This document shows, piece by piece, positions 39,450 to 51,959 of a DNA stretch of 64,000 nucleotides. Both the position numbers and the translations under genes were made by a program. Each line of letters begins with the position of its first letter. The stretch's first letter is position 1. The notes beneath the pieces were generated by a model. The model was not told where the DNA came from. It saw only the letters and a list, made by a program, of their open reading frames with translations, and searched no databases. Source of the stretch: Eledone cirrhosa. Taxonomy: Eukaryota. The stretch covers positions 4,960,001-5,024,000 of the forward strand of contig OZ024744.1 of assembly GCA_964016885.1 (NCBI GenBank), read 5' to 3'.

Positions 39450-42400
39450 AGTGAGGTTGGGAGCAGAGGTCTATGTTGGTAGACAGTGGTGTTGGTAGCA
39501 GAGGTCTATCTTGGTAGACAGAGGTGTTGGTAGGAGAGGTTTATCTTGGTAGACAGTGGTGTTGGTAGCAGAGGTCTATGTTGGTAGACAGTGGTGTTGG
39601 TAGCAGAGGTATATCTTGGTAGGCAGTGGTGTTGGTAGCAGAGCTCTATCTTGGTAGACAGTGGTGTTGGTAGCAGAGGTCTATCTTGGTAGACAGTGGT
39701 GTTGGTAGCAGAGGTCTATGTTAGTAGAAAGTGAGGTTGGTAGCAGAGGTCTATCTTGGTAGACAGTGAGGGTGGTAGCAGAGGTCTATCTTGGTAAACA
39801 GAGGTGTTGGTAGCAGAGGTCTATCTTGGTAGACAGTGAGGTTGGTATCAGAGGTCTATCTTGGTAGACAGTGAGGTTGGTAGCAGAGGTCTATGTTGGT
39901 AGACAGTGGTGTTGGTAGCATAGGTCTATCTTGGTAGACAGTGGTGTTGGTAGCAGAGGTCTATGTTGGTAGACAGTGGTGTTGGTAGTAGAGGTCTATC
40001 TTGGTAGACAGTGGTGTTGGTAGCAGATGTCTATCTTGGTAGACAGTGGTGTTGGTAGCAGAGGTCTATCTTGGTAGACAGTGGTGTTGGTAGCAAATAT
40101 CTATCTTGGTAGACAGTGGTGTTGGTAGCAGAGGTCTATGTTGGTAGACAGTGGTGTTGGTAGCAGAGGTCTATCTTGGTAGACAGTGGTGTTGGTAGCA
40201 GAGGTCTATCTTGGTAGACAGTGGTGTTGGTAGCAGAGGTCTATCTTGGTAGACAGTGGTGTTGGTAGCAGAGGTCTATCTTGGTAGACAGTGGTGTTGG
40301 TAGCAGAGGTCTATGTTGGTAGACAGTGAGGTTGGTAGCAGAGGTCTATGTTGGTAGACAGTGGTGTTGGTAGCAGAGGTCTATCTTGGTAGACAGTGGT
40401 GTTGGTAGAAGAGGTCTATGTTGGTAGACAGTGAGGTTGGTAGCAGAGGTCTATCTTGGTAGACAGTGAAGTTGGTAGCAGAGGTCTATCTTGGTAGACA
40501 GTGAGGGTGGTAGCAGAGGTCTATCTTGGTAGACAGTGGTGTTCGTAGCAGAGGTCTATCTTGGTAGACAGTGGTGTTGGTAGCAGAGGTCTAACTTGGT
40601 AGACAGTGAGGTTGGTAGCAGAGGTCTATCTTGGTAGACAGTGGTGTTGGTAGCAGAGGTCTATCTTGGTAGACAGTGGGGTGGGTAGCAGAGGTCTATG
40701 TTGGTAGACAGTGGTGTTGGTAGCAGAGGTCTATGTTGGTAGACAGTGGTGTTGGTAGCAGAGGTCTATGTTGGTAGACAGTGGTGTTGGTAGCAGAGGT
40801 TAATCTTGGTAGACAGGGGGGGGGGGGGTGTTGGTAGCAGAGATCTATCTTGGTAGACAGTAGTGTTGGTAGCAGAGGTCTATGTTGGTAGACAGTGGTG
40901 TTTGTAGCAGAGGTCTATGTTGGTAGACAGTGGTGTTGGAAGCAGAGGTCTATCTTAGTAGACAGTGGTGTTGGTACTGAGGTCTATGTTGGTAGACAGT
41001 GAGGTTGGTAGCAGAGGTCTATATTGGTAGACAGTGAGGTTGGTAGCAGAGGTATATCTTGGTAGACAGTGAGGTTGGTAGCAGAGCTCTATCTTGGTAG
41101 ACAGTGGTGTTGGTAGCAGAGGTCTATCTTGGTAGACAGTGGTGTTGGTAGCAGAGGTCTATCTTGGTAGACAGTGGTGTTGGTAGCAGAGGTCTATGTT
41201 GGTAGACAGTGGTGTTGGTAGCAGAGGTATATCTTGGTAGGCAGTGGTGTTGGTAGCAGAGCTCTATCTTGGTAGACAGTGGTGTTGGTAGCAGAGGTCT
41301 TTCTTGGTAGACAGTGGTGTTGCTAGCAGAGGTCTATGTTGGTAGAAAGTGAGGTTGGTAGCTGAGATCTATGTTGGTAGACAGTGGTTTTGGTAGCAGA
41401 AGTCTATCTTGGTAGACAGTGAGGTTGGTAGCAGAGGTCTATCTTGGTAGACAGTGGTGTTGGTAGCAGAGGTCTATCTTGGTAGACAGTGGTGTTGGTA
41501 GCAGAGGTCTATCTTGGTAGACAGTGGTGTTGGTAGCAGAAGTCTATCTTGGTAGACAGTGGTGTTGGTAGCAGAGGTCTATCTTGGTAGACAGTGGTGT
41601 TGCTAGCAGAGGTCTATCTTGGTAGACAGTGGTGTTGCTAGCAAAGGTCTATGTTGGTAGACAGTGAGGTTGGTAGCAGAGGTCTATCTTGGTAGACAGT
41701 GAGGGTGGTTGCAGAGGTCTATCTTGGTAGACAGTGGTGTTGGTAGCAGAGGTCTAGCTTGGTAGACAGTGAGGTTGGTATCAGAGGTCTATCTTGGTAG
41801 ACAGTGAGGTTGGTAGCAGAGGTCTATGTTGGTAGACAGTGGTGTTGGTAGCATAGGCCTATCTTGGTAGACAGTGGTGTTGGTAGCAGAGGTCTATGTT
41901 GGTAGACAGTGGTGTTGGTAGTAGAGGTCTATCTTGGTAGACAGTGGTGTTGGTAGCAGATGTCTATCTTGGTAGACAGTGGTGTTGGTAGCAGAGGTCT
42001 ATCTTGGTAGACAGTGGTGTTGGTAGCAGATATCTATCTTGGTAGACAGTGGTGTTGGTTATAGAGGTCTATGTTGGTAGACAGTGGTGTTGGTAGCAGA
42101 GGTCTATCTTGGTAGTCAGTGGTGTTGGTAGCAGAGGTCTATCTTGGTAGACAGTGGTGTTGGTAGCAGAGGTCTATGTTGGTAGACAGTGAGGTTGGTA
42201 GCAGAGGTCTATCTTGGTAGACAGTGGTGTTGGTAGCAGAGGTCTATGTTGGTAGACAGTGGTGTTGGTAGCAGAGGTCTATCTTGGTAGATAGTGAGGT
42301 TGGTAGTAGAGGTCTATGTTGGTAGACATTGGTGTTCGTAGCAGAGTTCTATCTTGGTAGACAGTGGTGTTGGTAGCAGAGGTCTATGTTGGTAGACAGT

Positions 42401-45400
42401 GGTGTTGGTAATAGAGGTCTATCTTGGTAGACAGTGGTGTTGGTAGCAGATGTCTATCTTGGTAGACAGTGGTGTTGGTACCAGAGGTCTATCTTGGTAG
42501 ACAGTGGTGTTGGTAGGAGAGGTCTATCTTGGTAGACAGTGGTGTTGGTAGCAGAGGTCTATCTTGGTAGAAAGTGGTGTTGGTAGGAGAGGTCTATCTT
42601 GGTAGACAGTGGTGTTGGTAGCAGAGGTCTATCTTGGTAGACAGTGGTGTTGGTAGCAGAGGTCTATATTGGTAGACAGTGGTGTTGGTAGCAGATGTCT
42701 ATCTTGGTAGACAGTGGTGTTGGTAGCAGAGGTCTATCTTGGTAGACAGTGGTGGTGGTAGCAGAGGTCTATCTTGTTAGACAGTGTTGTTGGTAGCAGA
42801 GGTCTATCTTAGTAGACAGTGGTGTTGGTAGCAGAGGTCTATCCTGGTAGACAGTGGTGTTGGTAGCAGAGGTCTATCTTGGTAGACAGTAGTGTTGGTA
42901 GCAGAGGTCTATCTTGGTAGACAGTGGTGTTGGTAGCTGAGGTCTAACTTGGTAGACAGTGGTGTTGGTAGCAGAGGTCTATCTTAGTAGACAGTGGTTT
43001 GGTAGCAGAGGTCTACCTTGGTAGACAGTGGTGTCGGTAGCAGAGCTCTATCCTGGTAGACAGTGGTGTTGGTAGCAGAGGTCTATCTTGGTAGACAGTG
43101 AGGTTGGTAGCAGAGGTCTATGTTGGTAGACAGTGGTGTCGGTAGCAGAGCTCTATCTTGGTAGACAGTGGTGTTGGTAGCAGAAGTCTATCATGGTAGA
43201 CAGTGAGGTTGGGAGCAGAGGTCTATGTTGGTAGACAGTGGTGTTGGTAGCAGAGGTCTATCTTGGTAGACAGTGGTGTTGGTAGCAGAGGTTTATCTTG
43301 GTAGACAGTGGTGTTGGTAGCAGAGGTCTATGTTGGTAGACAGTGGTGTTGGTAGCAGAGGTATATCTTGGTAGGCAGTGGTGTTGGTAGCAGAGCTCTA
43401 TCTTGGTAGACAGTGGTGTTGGTAGCAGAGGTCTATCTTGGTAGACAGTGGTGTTGGTAGCAGAGGTCTTTCTTGGTAGATAGTGGTGTTGGTAGCAGAG
43501 GTCTATGTTGGTAGAAAGTGAGGTTGGTAGAGGTCTATCTTGGTAGACAATGAGGTTGGTAGCAGAGGTCTATGTTGGTAGACAGTGGTGTTGGTAGCAT
43601 AGGTCTATCTTGGTAGACAGTGGTGTTGGTAGCAGAGGTCTATGTTGGTAGACAGTGGTGTTGGTAGTAGAGGTCTATCTTGGTAGACAGTGGTGTTGGT
43701 AGCAGATGTCTATCTTGGTAGACAGTGGTGTTGGTAGCAGAGGTCTATCTTGGTAGACAGTGGTGTTGGTAGCAAATATATATCTTGGTAGACAGTGTTG
43801 TTGGTAGCAGAGTTCTATGTTGGTAGACAGTGGTGTTGGTAGCAGAGGTCTATCTTGGTAGACAGTGAGGGTGGTTGCAGAGGTCTATCTTGGTAGACAG
43901 TGGTGTTGGTAGCAGAGGTCTATCTTGGTAGACAGTGAGGTTGGTATCAGAGGTCTATCTTGGTAGACAGTGAGGTTGGTAACAGAGGTCTATGTTGGTA
44001 GACAGTGGTGTTGGTAGCATAGGTCTATCTTGGTAGACAGTGGTGTTGGTAGAAGAGGTCTATCTTGGTAGACAGTGGTGTTGGTAGCAGAGATCTATGT
44101 TGGTAGACAGTGGTGTTGGTAGCAGAGGTCTATCTTAGTAGACAGTGGTGTTGGTTGCAGAGGTCTATCTTGGTAGACAGTGAAGTTGGTAGCAGAGGTC
44201 TATCTTGGTAGACAGTGAGGTTGGTAGCAGAGGTCTATCTTGGTAGACAGTGGTGTTGGTAGCAGAGGTCTATCTTGGTAGACAGTGAGGTTGGTAACAG
44301 AGGTCTATCTTGGTAGACAGTGGTGTTGTAGCAGAGGTCTATCTCGGTAGACAGTGAAGTTGGTAGCAGAGGTCTATGCTGGTAGACAGTGGTGTTGGTA
44401 GCAGAGGTCTATCTTGGTAGACAGTGGTGTTGGTAGCAGAGGTCTATCTTGGTAGACAGTGCTGTTGGTAGCAGAGGTCTATGTTGGTAGACAGTGAGGT
44501 TGGTAGCAGAGGTCTATCTTGGTAGATAGTGATGTTGGTAGCAGAGGTCTATCTTGGTAGACAGTGAGGTTGGTATGAGAGGTCTATCTTGGTAGACAGT
44601 GGTGTTGGTAGCAGAGGTCTATGTTGGTAGACAGTGGTGTTGGTAGCAGAGGTCTATCTTGGTAGATAGTGAGGTTGGTAGTAGAGGTCTATGTTGGTAG
44701 ACATTGGTGTTGGTAGCAGAGTTCTATCTTGGTAGACAGTGGTGTTGGTAATAGAGGTCTATCTTGGTAGACAGTGGTGTTGGTAGCAGATGTCTATCTT
44801 GGTAGACAGTGGTGTTGGTAGCAGAGGTCTATCTTGGTAGACAGTGGTGTTGGTAGCAGAGGTCTATCTTGGTAGACAGTGGTGTTGGTAGCAGAGGTTT
44901 ATCTTGGTAGACAGTGGTGTTGGTAGCATATGTCTATCTTGGTAGACAGTGGTGTTGGTAGCAGAGGTCTTTCTTGGTAGACAGTGGTGTTGGTAGCAGA
45001 GGTCTATGTTGGTAGAAAGTGAGGTTGGTAGCAGAGGTCTATCTTGGTAGACAGTGGTGTTGGTAGCAGAGGTCTATCTTGGTAGACAGTGATGTTGGTA
45101 GAAGAGGTCTATGTTGGTAGAAAGTGAGGTTGGTAGCAGAGGTCTATCTTGGTAGACAGTGGTGTTGGTAGCAGAGGTTTATATTGGTAGACAGTGGTGT
45201 TGGTAGCAGAGGTTTATCTTGGTAGACATTGAGGTTGGTAGCAGAGGTCTATCTTGGTAGACAGTGGTGTTGGTAGCAGAGGTCTATGTTGGTAGACAGT
45301 GGAGTTGGTAGCAGAGGTCTATCTTGGTAGACAGTGGTGTTGGTAGCAGAGGTCTATATTGGTAGACAGTGGTGTTGGTAGCAGAGGTCTATCTTGGTAG

Positions 45401-46520
45401 ACAGTGAGGTTGGTAGCAGAGGTCTATCTTCGTAGACAGTGAGGTTGGTAGCAGAGGTCTATCTTGGTAGACAGTGGTGTTGGTAGCAGAGGTCTATGTT
45501 GGTAGACAGTGAGGTTGGTAGCAGAGGTCTATCTTGGTAGACAGTGAAGTTGGTAGCAGAGGTCTATCTTGGTAGACAGTGAGGGTGGTAGCAGAGGTCT
45601 ATCTTGGTAGACAGTGGTGTTCGTAGCAGAGGTCTATCTTGGTAGACAGTGGTGTTGGTAGCAGAGGTCTATCTTGGTAGACAGTGAGGTTGGTAGCAGA
45701 GGTCTATCTTGGTAGACAGTGGTGTTGGTAGCAGAGGTCTATCTTGGTAGACAGTGGGGTGGGTAGCAGAGGTCTATCTTGGTAGACAGTGGTGTTGGTA
45801 GCAGAGGTCTATCTTGGTAGACAGTGGTGTTGGTAGCAGAGGTCTATGTTGGTAGACAGTGGTGTTGGTAGCAGAGGTTAATCTTGGTAGACAGTGGTGT
45901 TGGTAGCAGAGGTCTATCTTGGTAGACAGTGGTGTTGGTAGCAGAGATCTATCTTGGTAGACAGTAGTGTTGGTAGCAGAGGTCTATGTTGGTAGACAGT
46001 GGTGTTTGTAGCAGAGGTCTATGTTGGTAGACAGTGGTGTTGGAAGCAGAGGTCTATCTTAGTAGACAGTGGTGTTGGTACATAGGTCTATGTTGGTAGA
46101 CAGTGAGGTTGGTAGCAGAGGTCTATATTGGTAGACAGTGAGGTTGGTAGCAGAGGTCTATCTTGGTAGACAGTGAGGTTGGTAGCAGAGCTCTATCTTG
46201 GTAGAAAGTGGTGTTGGTAGCAGAGGTCTATGTTGGTAGACAGTGGTGTTGGTAGCAGAGGTTTATCTTGGTAGACAGTGGTGTTGGTAGCAGAGGTCTA
46301 TGTTGGTAGACAGTGGTGTTGGTAGCAGAGGTATATCTTGGTAGGCAGTGCTGTTGGTAGCAGAGCTCTATCTTGGTAGACAGTGGTGTTGGTAGCAGAG
46401 GTCTTTCTTGGTAGACAGTGGTGTTGCTAGCAGAGGTCTATGTTGGTAGAAAGTGAGGTTGGTAGCTGAGGTCTATGTTGGTAGACAGTGGTGTTGGTAG
46501 CAGAAGTCTATCTTGGTAGA
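39450..46520 (+). repeat. Third copy of the block also found at about 16000-23250 and about 29750-36860
   Basis: Block-specific variants ctAGctt (41754), gtaCCagagg (about 42480), gaagtctatCATgg (about 43190), CATATG (44927), gtGGAGtt (about 45301) and ggtaCATAgg (about 46081) occur in the same order as in the two earlier copies. Confidence 0.8.
40816..40828 (+). repeat. G13 homopolymer replacing GTGG within one monomer (+9 bp)
   Basis: The sequence reads agaca-GGGGGGGGGGGGG-tgttgg, against consensus agaca-GTGG-tgttgg. Confidence 0.9.
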
Positions 46521-49500
46521 CAGTGAGGTTGGTAGCAGAGGTCTATCTTGGTAGACATTGGTGTTGGTAGCAGAGGTCTATCTTGGTAGACAGTGGTGTT
46601 GGTAGCAGAGGTCTATCTTGGTAGACAGTGGTGTTGGTAGCAGAGGTCTATCTTGGTAGACAGTGGTGTTGGTAGCAGAGGTCTATCTTGGTAGACAGTG
46701 GTGTTGCTAGCAGAGGTCTATCTTGGTAGACAGTGGTGTTGGTAGCAAAGGTCTATGTTGGTAGACAGTGAGGTTGGTAGCAGAGGTCTATCTTGGTAGA
46801 CAGTGAGGGTGGTTGCAGAGGTCTATCTTGGTAGACAGTGGTGTTGGTAGCAGAGGTCTATCTTGGTAGACAGTGAGGTTGGTATCAGAGGTCTATCTTG
46901 GTAGACAGTGAGGTTGGTAGCAGAGGTCTATGTTGGTAGACAGTGGTGTTGGTAGCATAGGTCTATCTTGGTAGACAGTGGTGTTGGTAGCAGAGGTCTA
47001 TGTTGGTAGACAGTGGTGTTGGTAGTAGAGGTCTATCTTGGTAGACAGTGGTGTTGGTAGCAGATGTCTATCTTGGTAGACAGTGGTGTTGGTAGCAGAG
47101 GTCTATCTTGGTAGACAGTGGTGTTGGTAGCAGATATCTATCTTGGTAGACAGTGGTGTTGGTAGCAGAGGTCTATGTTGGTAGACAGTGGTGTTGGTAG
47201 CAGAGGTCTATCTTGGTAGTCAGTGGTGTTGGTAGCAGAGGTCTATCTCGGTAGACAGTGGTGTTGGTAGCAGAGGTCTATGTTGGTAGACAGTGAGGTT
47301 GGTAGCAGAGGTCTATCTTGGTAGACAGTGGTGTTGGTAGAAGAGATCTATGTTGGTAGACAGTGAGGTTGGTAGCAGAGGTTTATCTTGGCAGACAGTG
47401 AGGTTGGTAGCAGAGGTCTATCTTGGTAGACAGTGGTGTTGGTAGCAGAGGTCTATCTTGGTAGACAGTGAGGTTGGTAGCAGATGTCTATCTTGGTAGA
47501 CAGTGGTGTTGGTAGCAGAGATCTATCTTGGTAGACAGTGAGGTTGGTAGCAGAGGTCTATCTTGGTAGACAGTGGTGTTGGTAGCAGAGGTCTATCTTG
47601 GTAGACAGTGGTGTTGGTAGCAGAGGTCTATGTTGGTAGACAGTGGTGTTGATAGCAGAGGTTAATCTTGGTAGACAGTGGTGTTGGTAGCAGAGGTCTA
47701 TCTTGGTAGACAGTGGTGTTGGTAGCAGAGGTCTATCTTGGTAGACAGTGGTGTTGGTAGCAGAGGTCTATGTTGGTAGACAGTGGTGTTTGTAGCAGAG
47801 GACTATGTTGGTAGACAGTGGTGTTGGTAGCAGAGGTCTATCTTGGTAGACATTGAGGTTGGTAGCAGAGGTCTATCTTGGTAGACAGTGGTGTTGGTAG
47901 CAGAGATCTATGTTGGTAGACAGTGGTGTTGGTAGCAGAGGTCTATCTTAGTAGACAGGTGTGTTGGTAGCAGAGGTCTATCTTGGTAGACAGTGAAGTT
48001 GGTAGCAGAGGTCTATCTTGGTAGACAGTGAGGTTGGTAGCAGAGGTCTATCTTGGTAGACAGTGGTGTTGGTAGCAGAGGTCTATCTTGGTAGACAGTG
48101 AGGTTGGTAACAGAGGTCTATCTTGGTAGACAGTGGTGTTGTAGCAGAGGTCTATCTCGGTAGACAGTGAGGTTGGTAGCAGAGGTCTATGCTGGTAGAC
48201 AGTGGTGTTGGTAGCAGAGGTCTATCTTGGTAGACAGTGGTGTTGGTAGCAGAGGTCTATCTTGGTAGACAGTGGTGTTGGTAGCAGAGGTCTATGTTGG
48301 TAGACAGTGAGGTTGCTAGCAGAGGTCTATCTTGGTAGACAGTGGTGTTGGTAGCAGAGGTCTATCTTGGTAGACAGTGAGGTTGGTATCAGAGGTCTAT
48401 CTTGGTAGACAGTGGTGTTGGTAGCAGAGGTCTATGTTGGTAGACAGTGGTGTTGGTAGCAGAGGTCTATCTTGGTAGATAGTGAGGTTGGTAGTAGAGG
48501 TCTATGTTGGTAGACATTGGTGTTGGTAGCAGAGTTCTATCTTGGTAGACAGTGGTGTTGGTAGCAGAGGTCTATGTTGGTAGACAGTGGTGTTGGTAAT
48601 AGAGGTCTATCTTGGTAGACAGTGGTGTTGGTAGCAGATGTCTATCTTGGTAGACAGTGGTGTTGGTAGCAGAGGTCTATCTTGGTAGACAGTGGTGTTG
48701 GTAGCAGAGGTCGATCTTGGTAGACAGTGGTGTTGGTAGCAGAGGTCTATCTTGGTAGACAGTGGTGTTGGTAGCAGATGTCTATCTTGGTAGACAGTGG
48801 TGTTGGTAGCAGAGATCTATCTTGGTAGACAGTGGTGTTGGTAGCAGAGGTCGATCTTGGTAGACAGTGGTGTTGGTAGCAGAGGTCGATCTTGGTAGAC
48901 AGTGGTGTTGGTAGCAGAGGTCTATCTTGGTAGACAGTGGTGTTGGTAGCAGAGGTCTATGTTGGTAGACAGTGGTGTTGGTAGCAGAGGTATATCTTGG
49001 TAGGCAGTGGTGTTGGTAGCAGAGCTCTATCTTGGTAGACAGTGGTGTTGGTAGCAGAGGTCTATCTTGGTAGACAGTGGTGTTGGTAGCAGAGGTCTTT
49101 CTTGGTAGACAGTGGTGTTGGTAGCAGAGGTCTATGTTAGTAGAAAGTGAGGTTGGTAGCAGAGGTCTATCTTGGTAGAAAGTGGTGTTGGTAGGAGAGG
49201 TCTATCTTGGTAGACAGTGGTGTTGGTAACAGAGGTCTATCTTGGTAGACAGTGGTGTTGGTAGCAGAGGTCTATATTGGTAGACAGTGGTGTTGGTAGC
49301 AGATGTCTATCTTGGTAGACAGTGGTGTTGGTAGCAGAGGTCTATCTTGGTAGACAGTGGTGGTGGTAGCAGAGGTCTATCTTGTTAGACAGTGTTGTTG
49401 GTAGCAGAGGTCTATCTTAGTAGACAGTGGTGTTGGTAGCAGAGGTCTATCCTGGTAGACAGTGGTGTTGGTAGCAGAGGTCTATCTTGGTAGACAGTAG

Positions 49501-51959
49501 TGTTGGTAGCAGAGGTCTATCTTGGTAGACAGTGGTGTTGGTAGCTGAGGTCTAACTTGGTAGACAGTGGTGTTGGTAGCAGAGGTCTATCTTAGTAGAC
49601 AGTGGTGTTGGTAGCAGAGGTCTACCTTGGTAGACAGTGGTGTCGGTAGCAGAGCTCTATCCTGGTAGACAGTGGTGTTGGTAGCAGAGGTCTATCTTGG
49701 TAGACAGTGAGGTTGGTAGCAGAGGTCTATGTTGGTAGACAGTGGTGTCGGTAGCAGAGCTCTATCTTGGTAGACAGTGGTGTTGGTAGCAGAAGTCTAT
49801 CTTGGTAGACAGTGAGGTTGGGAGCAGAGGTCTATGTTGGTAGACAGTGGTGTTGGTAGCAGAGGTCTATCTTGGTAGACAGTGGTGTTGGTAGGAGAGG
49901 TTTATCTTGGTAGACAGTGGTGTTGGTAGCAGAGGTCTATGTTGGTAGACAGTGGTGTTGGTAGCAGAGGTATATCTTGGTAGGCAGTGGTGTTGGTAGC
50001 AGAGCTCTATCTTGGTAGACAGTGGTGTTGGTAGCAGAGGTCTATCTTGGTAGACAGTGGTGTTGGTAGCAGAGGTCTATGTTAGTAGAAAGTGAGGTTG
50101 GTAGCAGAGGTCTATCTTGGTAGACAGTGAGGGTGGTAGCAGAGGTCTATCTTGGTAAACAGAGGTGTTGGTAGCAGAGGTCTATCTTGGTAGACAGTGA
50201 GGTTGGTATCAGAGGTCTATCTTGGTAGACAGTGAGGTTGGTAGCAGAGGTCTATGTTGGTAGACAGTGGTGTTGGTAGCATAGGTCTATCTTGGTAGAC
50301 AGTGGTGTTGGTAGCAGAGGTCTATGTTGGTAGACAGTGGTGTTGGTAGTAGAGGTCTATCTTGGTAGACAGTGGTGTTGGTAGCAGATGTCTATCTTGG
50401 TAGACAGTGGTGTTGGTAGCAGAGGTCTATCTTGGTAGACAGTGGTGTTGGTAGCAAATATCTATCTTGGTAGACAGTGGTGTTGGTAGCAGAGGTCTAT
50501 GTTGGTAGACAGTGGTGTTGGTAGCAGAGGTCTATCTTGGTAGACAGTGGTGTTGGTAGCAGAGGTCTATCTTGGTAGACAGTGGTGTTGGTAGCAGAGG
50601 TCTATCTTGGTAGACAGTGGTGTTGGTAGCAGAGGTCTATCTTGGTAGACAGTGGTGTTGGTAGCAGAGGTCTATGTTGGTAGACAGTGAGGTTGGTAGC
50701 AGAGGTCTATGTTGGTAGACAGTGGTGTTGGTAGCAGAGGTCTATCTTGGTAGACAGTGGTGTTGGTAGAAGAGGTCTATGTTGGTAGACAGTGAGGTTG
50801 GTAGCAGAGGTCTATCTTGGTAGACAGTGAAGTTGGTAGCAGAGGTCTATCTTGGTAGACAGTGAGGGTGGTAGCAGAGGTCTATCTTGGTAGACAGTGG
50901 TGTTCGTAGCAGAGGTCTATCTTGGTAGACAGTGGTGTTGGTAGCAGAGGTCTAACTTGGTAGACAGTGAGGTTGGTAGCAGAGGTCTATCTTGGTAGAC
51001 AGTGGTGTTGGTAGCAGAGGTCTATCTTGGTAGACAGTGGGGTGGGTAGCAGAGGTCTATGTTGGTAGACAGTGGTGTTGGTAGCAGAGGTCTATGTTGG
51101 TAGACAGTGGTGTTGGTAGCAGAGGTCTATGTTGGTAGACAGTGGTGTTGGTAGCAGAGGTTAATCTTGGTAGACAGTGGTGTTGGTAGCAGAGATCTAT
51201 CTTGGTAGACAGTAGTGTTGGTAGCAGAGGTCTATGTTGGTAGACAGTGGTGTTTGTAGCAGAGGTCTATGTTGGTAGACAGTGGTGTTGGAAGCAGAGG
51301 TCTATCTTAGTAGACAGTGGTGCTGGTACAGAGGTCTATGTTGGTAGACAGTGAGGTTGGTAGCAGAGGTCTATATTGGTAGACAGTGAGGTTGGTAGCA
51401 GAGGTATATCTTGGTAGACAGTGAGGTTGGTAGCAGAGCTCTATCTTGGTAGACAGTGGTGTTGGTAGCAGAGGTCTATCTTGGTAGACAGTGGTGTTGG
51501 TAGCAGAGGTCTATCTTGGTAGACAGTGGTGTTGGTAGCAGAGGTCTATGTTGGTAGACAGTGGTGTTGGTAGCAGAGGTATATCTTGGTAGGCAGTGGT
51601 GTTGGTAGCAGAGCTCTATCTTGGTAGACAGTGGTGTTGGTAGCAGAGGTCTTTCTTGGTAGACAGTGGTGTTGCTAGCAGAGGTCTATGTTGGTAGAAA
51701 GTGAGGTTGGTAGCTGAGATCTATGTTGGTAGACAGTGGTGTTGGTAGCAGAAGTCTATCTTGGTAGACAGTGAGGTTGGTAGCAGAGGTCTATCTTGGT
51801 AGACAGTGGTGTTGGTAGCAGAGGTCTATCTTGGTAGACAGTGGTGTTGGTAGCAGAGGTCTATCTTGGTAGACAGTGGTGTTGGTAGCAGAAGTCTATC
51901 TTGGTAGACAGTGGTGTTGGTAGCAGAGGTCTATCTTGGTAGACAGTGGTGTTGCTAGC

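Noticed and set aside
47951-47965. acagGTgtg in place of acagTGgtg (apparent two-base swap)
   Set aside because: It is a singleton absent from paralogous blocks and cannot be distinguished from a consensus error.
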